DNA of 64,000 nt from an uncultured Gemmatimonadaceae bacterium (lineage in GTDB: Bacteria; Gemmatimonadota; Gemmatimonadetes; Gemmatimonadales; Gemmatimonadaceae), in the NCBI GenBank assembly GCA_963781585.1, contig CAWAGQ010000002.1, positions 160,001-224,000 of the forward strand. The letters run 5' to 3'. The stretch's first letter is position 1; each line of letters begins with the position of its first letter. Below the pieces are notes generated by a model, which was given only the letters and a program-made list of their open reading frames with translations, made no database searches and had not been told where the DNA came from. Shown here piece by piece: positions 42,659 to 53,017 of the stretch. A program made the position numbers and the translations under genes.

Positions 42659-43842
42659 GATACTGGCCCTGCAGACACACGCGCGCGTCAAGGCCCCGGG
42701 CTCGTCGCAGGCTTCTGGCCCCCGCAATTCTTGTCTGCCTGGTCGCGCCCGGTGTTGCAACCGCGCAGCTCGCGTGTCGCGCCATGCCCGGCGGTGCACC
42801 GGCACCCGCACTCGCTCAGACCGAAGCCTGGCCGGCGCTCGGCGACGAGCTTGTACTCGGTCGCGATGTTCGCGCTGACCTGCTCTCCGATGGGAGCGCG
42901 GTCGTCATCGACCGCTCCAAGCTGGAGCTGCTTCGCGTTGACCGAAAGAGCGGCCGCGTGACGACTCTTGCACATAAGGGGCCGGGGCCTGGAGAGATCG
43001 GATCGGTCGTCGGTGTGGTCGTCACGGTCGGCGACACGATTGTGGTGCTCGATCTCTCGAAGCGGCGAGCGATGCGCCTGGGCTTACAGGGGAATTTGAT
43101 CGCGGCGCCCCCATATCAACCCGCCGGCCTGCCGTTTCCTGTACTGCTCGCCGCCAGCGGCGGCGACGTCATCGAGGTGACTCGGAACCGCCCTCAGCGA
43201 GGCAAGGCGGAACCCCCCGTGATGATCATCCGGACTCTGGATCAGGACTCGGCGCGCGTCGCGCGCACGGTGGAGTTGAGCGATCCCCCTTCGGAGCCTG
43301 GCATCTTCACACCGAATGGTGTCGCCGGGCTCCTCGACGACACTCACGTCGTTGTTGCATCGGGCGTGACGCCGGACATCAGGGTTGTTGCGCTACGGGG
43401 CGCGGCGGACGGCGTGATCCACCTCGGAATCGGGCCGCCGCAGAAGCTCACCCGCGACTTCGCTGAGCGCGTGATGACGCAGGCATTGACACAGGTCCCC
43501 GCCCAGGACCGACCGCGCATGATCGCGTCCATGCTCGGAGCACTGCCGCTCGCTCCGTCTTATCCGATGTTCGCGCGCATGTTGGCGGGGACATCGGGCT
43601 CGCTGTGGGTCCAGCGCACGTACCCCGCGCCCGACGACGCTTCATCCGCCGACGCGCCGGCCACGTTTTCGATGGACGATCTGGGCGGATTCGTGTGGCA
43701 GCAGTTCGGACGTCAGGGCGCACTCACGGCGGAGTGTCGTACTCCTTCGGAATGGCGGGTCGTGCTCGCGCGCCGGGGCGAAATCCTGTTCGCGGAGGAT
43801 GACGCGACCGCGACGCGATTCTTCACCTGGCGACCACGGTGA
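42655..43842 (+). CDS. Exported 6-bladed beta-propeller-like protein
   Basis: Signal peptide; KGPGPGE motif; GDTIVVLD; GSLWV. Confidence 0.6.
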   Translation: MRYWPCRHTRASRPRARRRLLAPAILVCLVAPGVATAQLACRAMPGGAPAPALAQTEAWPALGDELVLGRDVRADLLSDGSAVVIDRSKLELLRVDRKSGRVTTLAHKGPGPGEIGSVVGVVVTVGDTIVVLDLSKRRAMRLGLQGNLIAAPPYQPAGLPFPVLLAASGGDVIEVTRNRPQRGKAEPPVMIIRTLDQDSARVARTVELSDPPSEPGIFTPNGVAGLLDDTHVVVASGVTPDIRVVALRGAADGVIHLGIGPPQKLTRDFAERVMTQALTQVPAQDRPRMIASMLGALPLAPSYPMFARMLAGTSGSLWVQRTYPAPDDASSADAPATFSMDDLGGFVWQQFGRQGALTAECRTPSEWRVVLARRGEILFAEDDATATRFFTWRPR

Positions 43843-44185
43843 GGTCTCACGCGAGGACGCAGCGACAACCATTGCGTACCTCGAGTGGTTGCGGTGGTCG
43901 GCAGGCATTGCACGCCGCCTGGCGGGGACCCTGTTGCTCGCGGCTGGCGCGTGTACGCCGTTCGTCCAGCCGGTCAGCACGCTCAGTCCCGTTCTGAGCC
44001 GCTGCCGCACGTCGGACCAGCGTGCGCGGCTCGCCCGCAGACGATCGTGACCCCGAGTCACGGGACCCGTCGGGCGTCGTTGCATCAAATCCTTACGAAC
44101 ACATCGCGCCTTTCCCGACAGACGGGGGAGAGGTGGGCGGGCATCATTGCACCGACAGGAGCGACACAAGCTGGAGGACCACCCA

Positions 44186-45533
44186 ATGACGGCGGTATCT
44201 CTGCAGCCGCTGGCGCGGGCCCTCGGGGACGTGGTCCGTCCTCTGACGGGTTCGGCGAGCGACTTTGACGCATTGGTGGCGCGAGTGGGCGAGGCGCGGA
44301 TGGTGCTCATCGGCGAGGCCTCGCACGGGACGCACGAGTTCTATCGGATCCGCGCCGAGATCACCAAGCGGCTGATTCGCGAGCGCGGCTTCACAGCGGT
44401 TGCGGTGGAGGCTGACTGGCCCGACGCATACCGGGTGAATCGGTACGTGCGCGGGAGCGGCGTCGATGCCGACGCCGAGCAGTCGCTGGCCGGGTTCCGC
44501 CGCTATCCGCAATGGATGTGGCGCAACGCCGATGTGCTCGATTTCGTGGGCTGGCTCCGCTCGCATAACGAATCAGTTGGTGACGACGCCCGGCGGGTGG
44601 GCTTCTACGGAATGGACCTGTACAGCCTGCATTCGTCCATGGAGGCGGTCATCCGCTATCTGCGGGTGGTGGACCCGGAGGCCGCGCGGCGTGCCGAGAT
44701 CCGCTACGGCTGCTTCGACCGGTTCGGCGGCGACCCGCAGGAGTACGGCTACGCGTCGTCCATCGGGCTGTCACCGTCGTGCGAGGCGGAAGTGGTCGAG
44801 CAGCTGGTGACGCTCCGTCGGGCGGCCGGGGAATATGCGCGCCGCGACGGGCGCGTGGCGGAGGACGATCTCTTCTTCGCCGAGCAGAATGCGCGCGTGG
44901 TGGCCAATGCGGAGCGCTACTATCGCGCGATGTTCGGGAGCCGGGTGGAGTCATGGAATCTTCGCGACCGGCACATGGCCGAGACGCTGGAGAGCCTGAC
45001 GCGCTTCCTGAGCCAGCGCGGCGCCTCGCCGAAGATCGTGGTCTGGGCGCACAACTCGCACCTCGGCGATGCGCGAGCAACCGAGATGGGACAGGGGGGC
45101 GAGTTGAACGTGGGCCAGCTGGTGAGCGAGCGATTCGGCGACGACGCGGTGCTGGTCGGGTTCAGCACGTACTCGGGGACGGTGACCGCGACGTCCAACT
45201 GGGACGAGCCGGCACAGCGCAAAGTCGTCAGGCCGGCGTTGCCGGGGAGCTACGAGAGCCTGTTCCACGACGCTGGCGATACCGAATTTCTACCTCGACC
45301 TGGGCGATCGCAGCGAGGCGGTGTCTGAGCTTCACGCGGCGCGCCTGGAGCGCGCGATCGGCGTCATCTACCGTCCGGAGACCGAGCGGCAGAGCCACTA
45401 CTTTCACGCGGAGCTTCCGCGACAGTTCGACGCCATCCTGCACTATGACCGGACGCGAGCCGTGGAGCCGCTCGAGAGGACGGGAGCGTGGGACAAGGGA
45501 GAGCTGCCGGAGACATACCCCAGCGGCGTGTAG
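44186..45533 (+). CDS. Erythromycin esterase family protein (frameshift near 45285)
   Basis: IGEASHGTHEFY, WNLRD, WAHNSH; ERAIGVIYRPETERQSHY..ETYPSG in ORF 45321. Confidence 0.9.
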
Positions 45534-45765
45534 TCCGGAGGGCAGGTCGGCGCCGGCTCGGCGCGACAGACCCGGGCCATGCGTTCCGGTTGGCGTGCGC
45601 GTGGGCCAGCGTGTCGCTCACCAGGCGGGGCCCCGGCGTCTTTTCGGGCGCCGGGACCTCACGCGGGCGCGAGAGAGCGACCGGTATTAACATGCCACGA
45701 ATGACCGACTGCCTGGCGCCTCGCCCGAAGTGGCCGACTGCGCGCGAGGACGCCATCGCGCCCTC

Positions 45766-46662
45766 ATGACCAGCGCCATTGCCATAGCCACGTTAGGCTT
45801 CTTTCTCGGCATGCGCCACGCCACCGACGCCGACCACGTGATCGCCGTGACGACGATCGTGGCGCGGCACCGGAGTGTGCGGAGCGCGGCGTGGATCGGG
45901 GCCGTCTGGGGAATCGGCCACACCGTCACGATCCTGGTCGTCGGCGGCGCCATCATCCTGTTCAGCTGGGTGATCCCGCCGCGCATTGGATTGTCGATGG
46001 AGCTGGCGGTCGGACTGATGCTGGTCGCGCTGGGCCTGATGAACCTCGGCGGCTTCTGGCAACGGGTTCAACAGGTGCAGCCGGCGGCGGGTGCCCCGCT
46101 GCATGGGCACGCGGCGACGCACCCGCCGGCCCAGGCGCAGTTGCGTCAAGCCGCGGATCAACCCGCGCACGCGCATCCGCACGAGATCCCGCACGTGCAC
46201 GCGCATGCCCACCGCCACGGCGACTACATCCACACCCACGCGCACGAGCATGACCCCGAACGCCACCCCCACGATCCCGACCGCACGCCCCTGAGCCGCC
46301 TTGACCAGCGACTGGGATCCTTGCGCCTGTATCAGCTCGTGCGCCCGCTGGTCGTCGGCGTCGTGCACGGGTTGGCCGGGTCGGCGGCCATCGCCCTGCT
46401 CGTGCTCACCACCATCCGGAGCACGACCTGGGGCGTTGTGTATCTGCTCATCTTCGGAATCGGCACCATCGCCGGCATGATGCTCGTCACCGCCGCGGTC
46501 AGCGTCCCCTTCGCCATGACCGGCGCCCAGTTCGGCCGTCTGAATCGGCAGCTCCGGATCGTATCGGGCGTGGTGAGTCTCGCCTTCGGACTGTTCATTG
46601 CCTGGCGGATCGGGATCGTCGGCGGCCTGTTCACCGGCCATCCGCAGTGGACGCCGAGGTAG
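45766..46662 (+). CDS. HoxN/HupN/NixA (NiCoT)/UreH-like nickel-cobalt transporter with His-rich loop
   Basis: GMRHATDADH, GIGHT, HGLAGSA; central His-rich segment. Confidence 0.85.
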   Translation: MTSAIAIATLGFFLGMRHATDADHVIAVTTIVARHRSVRSAAWIGAVWGIGHTVTILVVGGAIILFSWVIPPRIGLSMELAVGLMLVALGLMNLGGFWQRVQQVQPAAGAPLHGHAATHPPAQAQLRQAADQPAHAHPHEIPHVHAHAHRHGDYIHTHAHEHDPERHPHDPDRTPLSRLDQRLGSLRLYQLVRPLVVGVVHGLAGSAAIALLVLTTIRSTTWGVVYLLIFGIGTIAGMMLVTAAVSVPFAMTGAQFGRLNRQLRIVSGVVSLAFGLFIAWRIGIVGGLFTGHPQWTPR

Positions 46663-46667
46663 GCGCG

Positions 46668-46967
46668 ATGCTTCTGGAACTGCGGCCTGTGTCGCGCAAG
46701 ACGCCACTCGACGGCAAACTCGAGATCACGGCGGCTGCCGCCGACCGGCTGGCGGCGCTGGGGCCGGAGTTTCCGCTCTCGGTCGACGACCGCCAGGCGA
46801 CCGGATGTCTGCGCGCGCTCGCGTGCACTTGCGGGAAGGGGGCGGGCGCGTCGCACGTGCACCACTTCCTCGAGAGTCCCGCGCTCCGTGCGTTGTTGCC
46901 TGGGGTCGAGGTGCGGGTCGAGCTGGACGAGGCCGCGGGCATGGTGCGAGTCGGGACCTGGGCCTGA
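46668..46967 (+). CDS. Small hypothetical protein with CxC and HxHH motifs
   Basis: ACTCGKG..SHVHHFLES; 5 bp after the transporter. Confidence 0.65.
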   Translation: MLLELRPVSRKTPLDGKLEITAAAADRLAALGPEFPLSVDDRQATGCLRALACTCGKGAGASHVHHFLESPALRALLPGVEVRVELDEAAGMVRVGTWA

Positions 46968-47020
46968 CGTGCCAGTCCCCGCGCCGTCGACGTTGATCCG
47001 ACGTTACACCCGTCGGCGGG

Positions 47021-47077
47021 AATTGGGGTCAGACTCGAATTTTCGCGCCGCGCGAAAATTCGAGTCTGACCCCAATT
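47021..47077. repeat. Perfect 28-bp inverted repeat (REP/MITE-like)
   Basis: AATTGGGGTCAGACTCGAATTTTCGCGC-C-exact reverse complement. Confidence 0.9.
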
Positions 47078-47177
47078 TTCCAACTTCATTCGCCGCGGCC
47101 CCGTGACAATCCCCGCCCGCGGCATCAGCTTAGGGAAGCGCCCCCCAACCATGCCACCACCCTTCAGGAGTCTGAGG

Positions 47178-48878
47178 ATGAAGCTCACCGCTCTCGCCGG
47201 CGTCCTCACGGTCGCCGCGGCCAACACGGTGTGCGCGCTGCCACTGGCGGCGCAGGAAAAGGTCGATGTCGCCACGGTCGAGCGGATCAAGGCCGAGGAG
47301 ATGCAGCACTCCCAGGTCATGGAGATCATGAGCTGGCTGTCCGACGTCTACGGGCCCCGACTCACCTGGTCGCCCAACCTCACGCGGGCCAAGGACTGGG
47401 CGATGGGCCAGATGAAGTCCTGGGGCCTGGCCAACGTGCATGAGGAGATGTGGGACACGCCACCGGGACTCGGCTGGGAGAACGAGCGCTTCTCGTTCAT
47501 GGCGACGTCGCCCATGCCCTTCATCGTGGAGGCGGTGCCGCGCGCGTGGTCGGCGAGCACGAAGGGCACCGTCACCGGGCCGGCGATGATGGTGAATGCC
47601 GAATGCTCGGACGAGCTGAAGCAGATGTACGCCGGAAAGCTGCATAACGCCTTCGTGATGACGTCCCCGCCGGCGGATCAGCCGGTGAACGACTTCGAGC
47701 CGACGGCGTCGCGCTATTCGGATTCCGCGCTGGCTGTCATGGCGGCCGCGCAGCCGGCTGCGGCGGGCGGGCGCTTTGGTGGTCGCGGCGGTCGGGGCGG
47801 AGGCGCTCCGCCGCAGCGCTCGGCGGTGTGTCAGGCACAATTCACGCGTGACTCGATTGCGGCGGCGGCATCGGGCCGCGGCGGCGGACGGGGCGGCTTC
47901 TTTGGCGGGCGCGGCGGACTCAACATGAACGACACCACTACGCTTCGATGGATGGAAGCGCAGGGCACGGCGGCTATCGTGCTGGAGGACACACGCCATG
48001 TGGGCGGTGACATCGGAACGGACAACGGCGCGTCGCGCGCCTCCGGCGCTCCGCAGGTCCCGTTCGTGCACGTCGCACGGGAGTCGTATGGCCGCATCGC
48101 CCGCATGGTGGAAAAGAAGGTTCCGGTCACGCTCGAGCTGAACATGCAGAACAAGTTCTTACCCGAGAACAAGACCTCGTTCAACGTCATCGGCGAGATC
48201 CCCGGAACCGACCCGCAACTCAAGGACCAGTTGGTGATGATCGGTGCCCACTTCGACTCGTGGCACTCCGGAACGGGTGCAACGGATAATGGCGCGGGCT
48301 CCGGTGTGATGCTCGAGGCAATGCGGCTCCTCAAGTCACTCAACCTGCAGCCTCGGCGGACCATCCGGATCGGGCTGTGGACCGGGGAAGAGCAGGGACT
48401 GCTCGGCTCGCGCGCCTACGTGGCCAAGCACTTCGGCACCACCGACGCGAGCGGATTCCACCCAACACCCGAGCAGGCGAAATTCGCCGCCTACTTCAAC
48501 GTCGATAACGGCAGCGGCAAGATCCGCGGCGTGTACCTCCAGGGGATCGAAGCAGAACGCCCGATCTTCGATGCCTGGATGGATCCGTTCAAGGGCATGG
48601 GGATGAAGACGCTGACGATCAGGAACACCGGCGGTACGGATCACCTCTCGTACATCGGTGTCGGACTCCCCGGCTTCCAGTTCATCCAGGATCCGCTCGA
48701 CTACGGCAACCTCACACACCATACCAACCAGGACGTCTACGAACGGCTGCAGCCTGACGACATGAAGTTCAACGCGGCGGTGGTGGCGAGCTTCGCCTGG
48801 CTGGCCGCTCAGCGCGATGAGATGCTGCCGCGGCCACCGCTACCAACGGCGGTGCAGGGCGGTCGCGGAGGTCGGTAG
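47178..48878 (+). CDS. Exported M28-family metallopeptidase with RGG-rich inserts
   Basis: GAHFDSW, DNGAG, GEEQGLLGS, GGTDH, HHTNQD. Confidence 0.9.
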   Translation: MKLTALAGVLTVAAANTVCALPLAAQEKVDVATVERIKAEEMQHSQVMEIMSWLSDVYGPRLTWSPNLTRAKDWAMGQMKSWGLANVHEEMWDTPPGLGWENERFSFMATSPMPFIVEAVPRAWSASTKGTVTGPAMMVNAECSDELKQMYAGKLHNAFVMTSPPADQPVNDFEPTASRYSDSALAVMAAAQPAAAGGRFGGRGGRGGGAPPQRSAVCQAQFTRDSIAAAASGRGGGRGGFFGGRGGLNMNDTTTLRWMEAQGTAAIVLEDTRHVGGDIGTDNGASRASGAPQVPFVHVARESYGRIARMVEKKVPVTLELNMQNKFLPENKTSFNVIGEIPGTDPQLKDQLVMIGAHFDSWHSGTGATDNGAGSGVMLEAMRLLKSLNLQPRRTIRIGLWTGEEQGLLGSRAYVAKHFGTTDASGFHPTPEQAKFAAYFNVDNGSGKIRGVYLQGIEAERPIFDAWMDPFKGMGMKTLTIRNTGGTDHLSYIGVGLPGFQFIQDPLDYGNLTHHTNQDVYERLQPDDMKFNAAVVASFAWLAAQRDEMLPRPPLPTAVQGGRGGR

Positions 48879-48909
48879 CGCGAAGGTGGTGGATTGGAGG
48901 ATCGATCCA

Positions 48910-48959
48910 GCGGGTTGCAACAAAGGGGCGGCTTCGGCCGCCCCTTTGTTGCAACCCGC
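48910..48959. terminator. Perfect 23-bp hairpin with C(UUCG)G loop between convergent genes
   Basis: GCGGGTTGCAACAAAGGGGCGGC-TTCG-GCCGCCCCTTTGTTGCAACCCGC. Confidence 0.75.
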
Positions 48960-49005
48960 GGTGCCTCACGCGACCGGTGTCTCCCGCCACATCAGGAGCG
49001 TAGCA

Positions 49006-49041
49006 TCTGGCCTCTGGCCTCTGGCCCATTGGCCTATGCCC
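49006..49041 (-). repeat. Heptamer tandem repeat (GGCCAGA family, minus strand)
   Basis: (TCTGGCC)x3 CATTGGCC TATGCCC at the 3' end of the kinase gene. Confidence 0.75.
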
Positions 49042-50461
49042 TTTCCCCCGCCCCCTCCTCATCCGGCAACGGAAGGCTGACACGGAATTCTGTGCGCCCG
49101 GGCCGCGTCTCCAGTTCCACGCTTCCACCGTGCTGCTGCACCTGACGGCGCACGATGTCGAGGCCCAGGCCGGTGCCCTGTCCGACGGGCTTGGTCGTGA
49201 AGAAGGGATCGAAGATGCGACCGGAGATGTCATCGGGGATCCCCGGGCCGTTGTCGATGACCCGGACGACCACCCAGCCTCGCTCGGGCTGCGCCGTCAC
49301 GGTCACCTGTCCCGACGCCGGCACCGCGTCGATCGCGTTGTCGATCAGATTGGCCCACACCTGATTCAGCTCGCCGCCGGACCCCATGACCCGCGGAAGA
49401 TCAGGCTCCAGCTCGAGTCGCACTCCCACGGATTTCTGCCGCGCCTTTGAGCCGAGGACCGCGATGGTATCGGCGAGCCCCCGGCCGACGTCGAGCAGCT
49501 CCGGCGTCGATGGACGGTCCATGTGGGTGAAGCCCTTGACCGCGCTGACCAGGGTGTACACGCGCGACGCCGCCTTCTCGATGTCCGACACCAGTCCACG
49601 CGTGGCACAGCCTGATGCGATCCACCGAACGGCGGCGTCGAGCGCCGAGCCCTGCACGACCTGCGCCATGTCATCGAGCATCGGCAAGGTGACGGCGGAG
49701 TCGGCGAGCGCGTGTGCCGCCGCCGCGTCGAGATTGCGCGCCACGAGCCACTCGGCGATGGCATCTTCGCGATCAGCGCGCTCGAGGGGCGCTTGGACAC
49801 CGGCCGGCGCGCCCACGCACAGCTCGCGCACGCGTTTCAGCCTGCCAAGGGCCGCATCCGACAGTCCGGCCGCGCCCAGCACGAGCGCAGCTTCGTCGGA
49901 CTCGGCCAGCGTTCCCGCCAGTAAGGTGGCGCTCCGCGCGGCGGCCGATGCCGGATTGTTCAACTCGTGTGCGAGCCCAGCGGCCAGCTTTCCCAGCGAC
50001 ATCATCTTCTCGACCTGCGAGTCATCCGCGCGGAAGACGCGGGCGCGGTCGAGCATCACATGCACCAGTATCGTGGCGATCTCGGGACATTCCCGGATCA
50101 GAGCCGGGAAATGTCGGCGATGTATCGCCAGTGCCTCCGACACTTCTTCGGAATAGACCTGGCCCGGCGAGAACTTCATGCGCGAGTAGGGGAGATTCCC
50201 CACCACGTCGCCGCCGACCCACTCCATCACCTTCCGGCGGTTTCCTCCGCGATCGAGGTAAATGGCGATGTGGCCCGAGAAGAGCACATAGAGATAGTCG
50301 ATGGCATTCGCCACCGTCGTGACGTTGTCGCCCTTGCCGAACTGCACGAGACCGCCGTGCGACACCAGCCAGGCGAGCTCCTCGCGCGGCGCATCGCCGA
50401 GGGTCCGATGTTGCTGCAAGCGATCTATAAGATGGGCGGTGGTGTAGGCGGTTCCGGTCAT
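49034..50461 (-). CDS. Cyclic-nucleotide-binding domain histidine kinase
   Basis: N-terminal cNMP-binding fold; AHELNNP, N box NLIDNA, DNGPG, FFTTK..GTGLGL. Confidence 0.9.
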   Translation of the reverse strand: MTGTAYTTAHLIDRLQQHRTLGDAPREELAWLVSHGGLVQFGKGDNVTTVANAIDYLYVLFSGHIAIYLDRGGNRRKVMEWVGGDVVGNLPYSRMKFSPGQVYSEEVSEALAIHRRHFPALIRECPEIATILVHVMLDRARVFRADDSQVEKMMSLGKLAAGLAHELNNPASAAARSATLLAGTLAESDEAALVLGAAGLSDAALGRLKRVRELCVGAPAGVQAPLERADREDAIAEWLVARNLDAAAAHALADSAVTLPMLDDMAQVVQGSALDAAVRWIASGCATRGLVSDIEKAASRVYTLVSAVKGFTHMDRPSTPELLDVGRGLADTIAVLGSKARQKSVGVRLELEPDLPRVMGSGGELNQVWANLIDNAIDAVPASGQVTVTAQPERGWVVVRVIDNGPGIPDDISGRIFDPFFTTKPVGQGTGLGLDIVRRQVQQHGGSVELETRPGRTEFRVSLPLPDEEGAGERA

Positions 50462-50759
50462 GGCTGGTGTGCTGTCGCGCGCAGCAGACGCGCCACCCGG
50501 ACATCTGATCGCCGGGAATCACTGCCTCGCATCGCGTTCCATGGTGCCGTCGCTCGCGGTGGGCTCTGCCGTGCAGGGGGAGGAAATTGCCCGCCCGCTC
50601 GCACTGCCACAAGGCGAACCGGACGTCGTGGCATCATTATTCTCCGAGGGTCACCCGCCGCCGGCGCGAGCAACCGCATGGTCCCTGGCTGCCGCCGCGG
50701 CTCCATCGCGCGAGGTGAACGGGTGACAGGTAGGGCAGCTCGAATCCGGGGAGATCGCC

Positions 50760-52818
50760 GTGCGTATTCGTTCCACTCGATACCCGTTGTCCATGGGGCC
50801 CACGATCGCTGCCCTGACGATAAGTCTGGCGCACAGCCTGGCCGGGCAGACGCGCCCGCTGCCGTCACTCGACCCGTCCGGCACCGTACAAACGGGCCGA
50901 CCGCTGCCGGGGCCCGTTTACGAAACTCCCGCCTTCACGCGCGCCGTGGAGCGGCGAACGCGCACGCGCACGGGCGCCCCTGGTGAATCGTCGTGGACCC
51001 AGCATGCCCGCTACTATATAGATGCGCGTCTGGATCCGGTGGCGACACGAGTGTCGGGCAGCGAACGCGTCGTCTACCTCAACAATTCGCCCGACACGCT
51101 GCGCCGGATCGCGGTTCATCTGCGGCAGAACGCATTCGCGCCCGGAAACGCACGCCGCACGGCTGTCCCCACAACAGGCGGCATGACGCTGAACCGGGTG
51201 GCGGTGCGCGGAACCACCGTTGCGCCGCCCTCCGCGCCGGCGCCCGGCGCATCGATCAGCAGTTCGCCTCGGACCGCCGCGTCGAGGGACAGCTACCTCA
51301 TCGACGGAACGGTCATGTGGATCACCCTGGCCGTGCCCCTCATGCCGCGTGACAGCATCCGCCTGGACTTCGCGTGGTCGTATTCTCCGGCGCCGGCTCC
51401 AGCCGACGGACGGGAGGGACGCGAGGCAGACGTCTTCTTCATGGGATACTGGTATCCGCAGGTCGCCGTCTACGACGACGTGAATGGGTGGGTCGCGGAT
51501 CAGTACCTGCTGCAGGCCGAGTTCTACATGGAGCCCGCCGACTACGACGTGCGGCTGCACGTGCCGCGCGGGTGGGTGGTGGGTGCGACTGGCATTCTGC
51601 AGAACGCCGACACGGTGCTGAGTTCAGTCGCGCGCGCGCGGCTTGACGAGGCGCGGCGCACCGGGAGTGTGGTACATGTCGTGACGCCGGGACCCGGGAC
51701 CTCACGCGCGCTCGCCGGCACCGGCCCGACCCTCACCTGGCACTACTGGCGCGTCGACGTCCGCGATTTCGCCTGGGGCGCGGGCAACGCTTACGCATGG
51801 GATGCGACGCGCGCAATCGTCTCCGGGGCCGACGGCCGCGACCGACACGGTCGACCATCAACAGCTTCTACCGACAGCACGCGACGGCGTCAGCCTGGGC
51901 AGCAGGCGGGGCGCGTTTCACGCGGGACGCGATCGAGCAGCTCTCGGCCTGGCTCTGGCCGTATCCGTGGCCCCAGATGACCTCGATGGAGGGGATGCTG
52001 GACGGCGGCGGCATGGAGTATCCGATGATGACCATCATGCAGCCCTGGGCGGACACGCTCTCGCTGGCGGGCGACCTGATGCACGAGACCGGTCACATGT
52101 GGTTTCCGATGCAGGTGGGATCGAACGAGACTCGGTATCCGTGGATGGACGAAGGCTTCACGCAGTTCAACGATGCCCAGGGGATGCGGGTGCTGTACGG
52201 GGAGCCGCGCACCGGCGGCAGGCCTAACGATTCGGAACCCGGACAGCGCCGGCTCTATCTGGATGCAGCGCGCTCCGCAAGGACCAGCGGCTCATGGTGC
52301 CCGGGGACTCTATCCGTCGGAGCGGTACTTCGTCATGTACTACGACAAGACGGCCCAGGTGCTGGCGGCGCTGCGCGGCATGCTCGGCGAGCGAGACATT
52401 CCATCGGGCGTTCCGCGAATACGGACTCCGCTGGCTCGGGAAGCATCCGTACCCGTACGATTTCTTCAACACCATGGCGGACGTCGCCGGACACGACCTC
52501 TCATGGTTCTGGACGACGTGGTTCTACGAGCCGTGGTCCCTGGATCAGGCGATCGCCGCGGTGTCCACGGTGGGTGATTCCACGGCCATCGCCATCGAGG
52601 ATCGCGGGCTTGCGCCGATGCCCGTGCGTCTCGCCATCACACGCGCCGGCGGCGCCGTGCAGCGACTCGATCTGCCGGTGGACATCTGGTTGACTGGGTC
52701 GCGGCGCCACATGGTGCGCGTGGCCGCTACGCCGGCCGTCACCCGGGTGGAGATCGATCCCGACGCGGCCTTCCCCGACCTCGATCGCCGCAATCAGGTC
52801 TGGACGGTGCCACGCTAG
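50760..52818 (+). CDS. M1-family aminopeptidase (about 3 frameshifts)
   Basis: WYPQVAVYDD in ORF 50760; GGMEYP and HETGH..WMDEG in ORF 51797; KHPYPYDFF..DLSWFW in ORF 52294. Confidence 0.85.
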
Positions 52819-52845
52819 CCGCGTCCACACCGCTACCCGGTGGGC

Positions 52846-52917
52846 AATTGGGGTCAGACTCCATTTTTTCGGAAAAATGGAGTCTGACCCGATTCCCCCA
52901 ATTTCCCCAATTTCCCC
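52846..52917. repeat. 18-bp inverted repeat of the same family as 47021, plus CCCCAATTT tandem
   Basis: GGGTCAGACTCCATTTTT-TCGG-AAAAATGGAGTCTGACCC preceded by AATTG. Confidence 0.85.
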
Positions 52918-53017
52918 GCCAGTTACGCGTGGCAGGCAATCGGCGCGACCATCTTGCCACGCGGTACCCGCGCGATCCACTTTCGCAGCTCCAACGGATG
53001 CCTCATGGGAGCGCTCG

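Noticed and set aside
44186..45533. Antibiotic-resistance island (erythromycin esterase, beta-lactamase-like genes)
   Set aside because: Broad hydrolase families with no mobile context; resistance cannot be inferred
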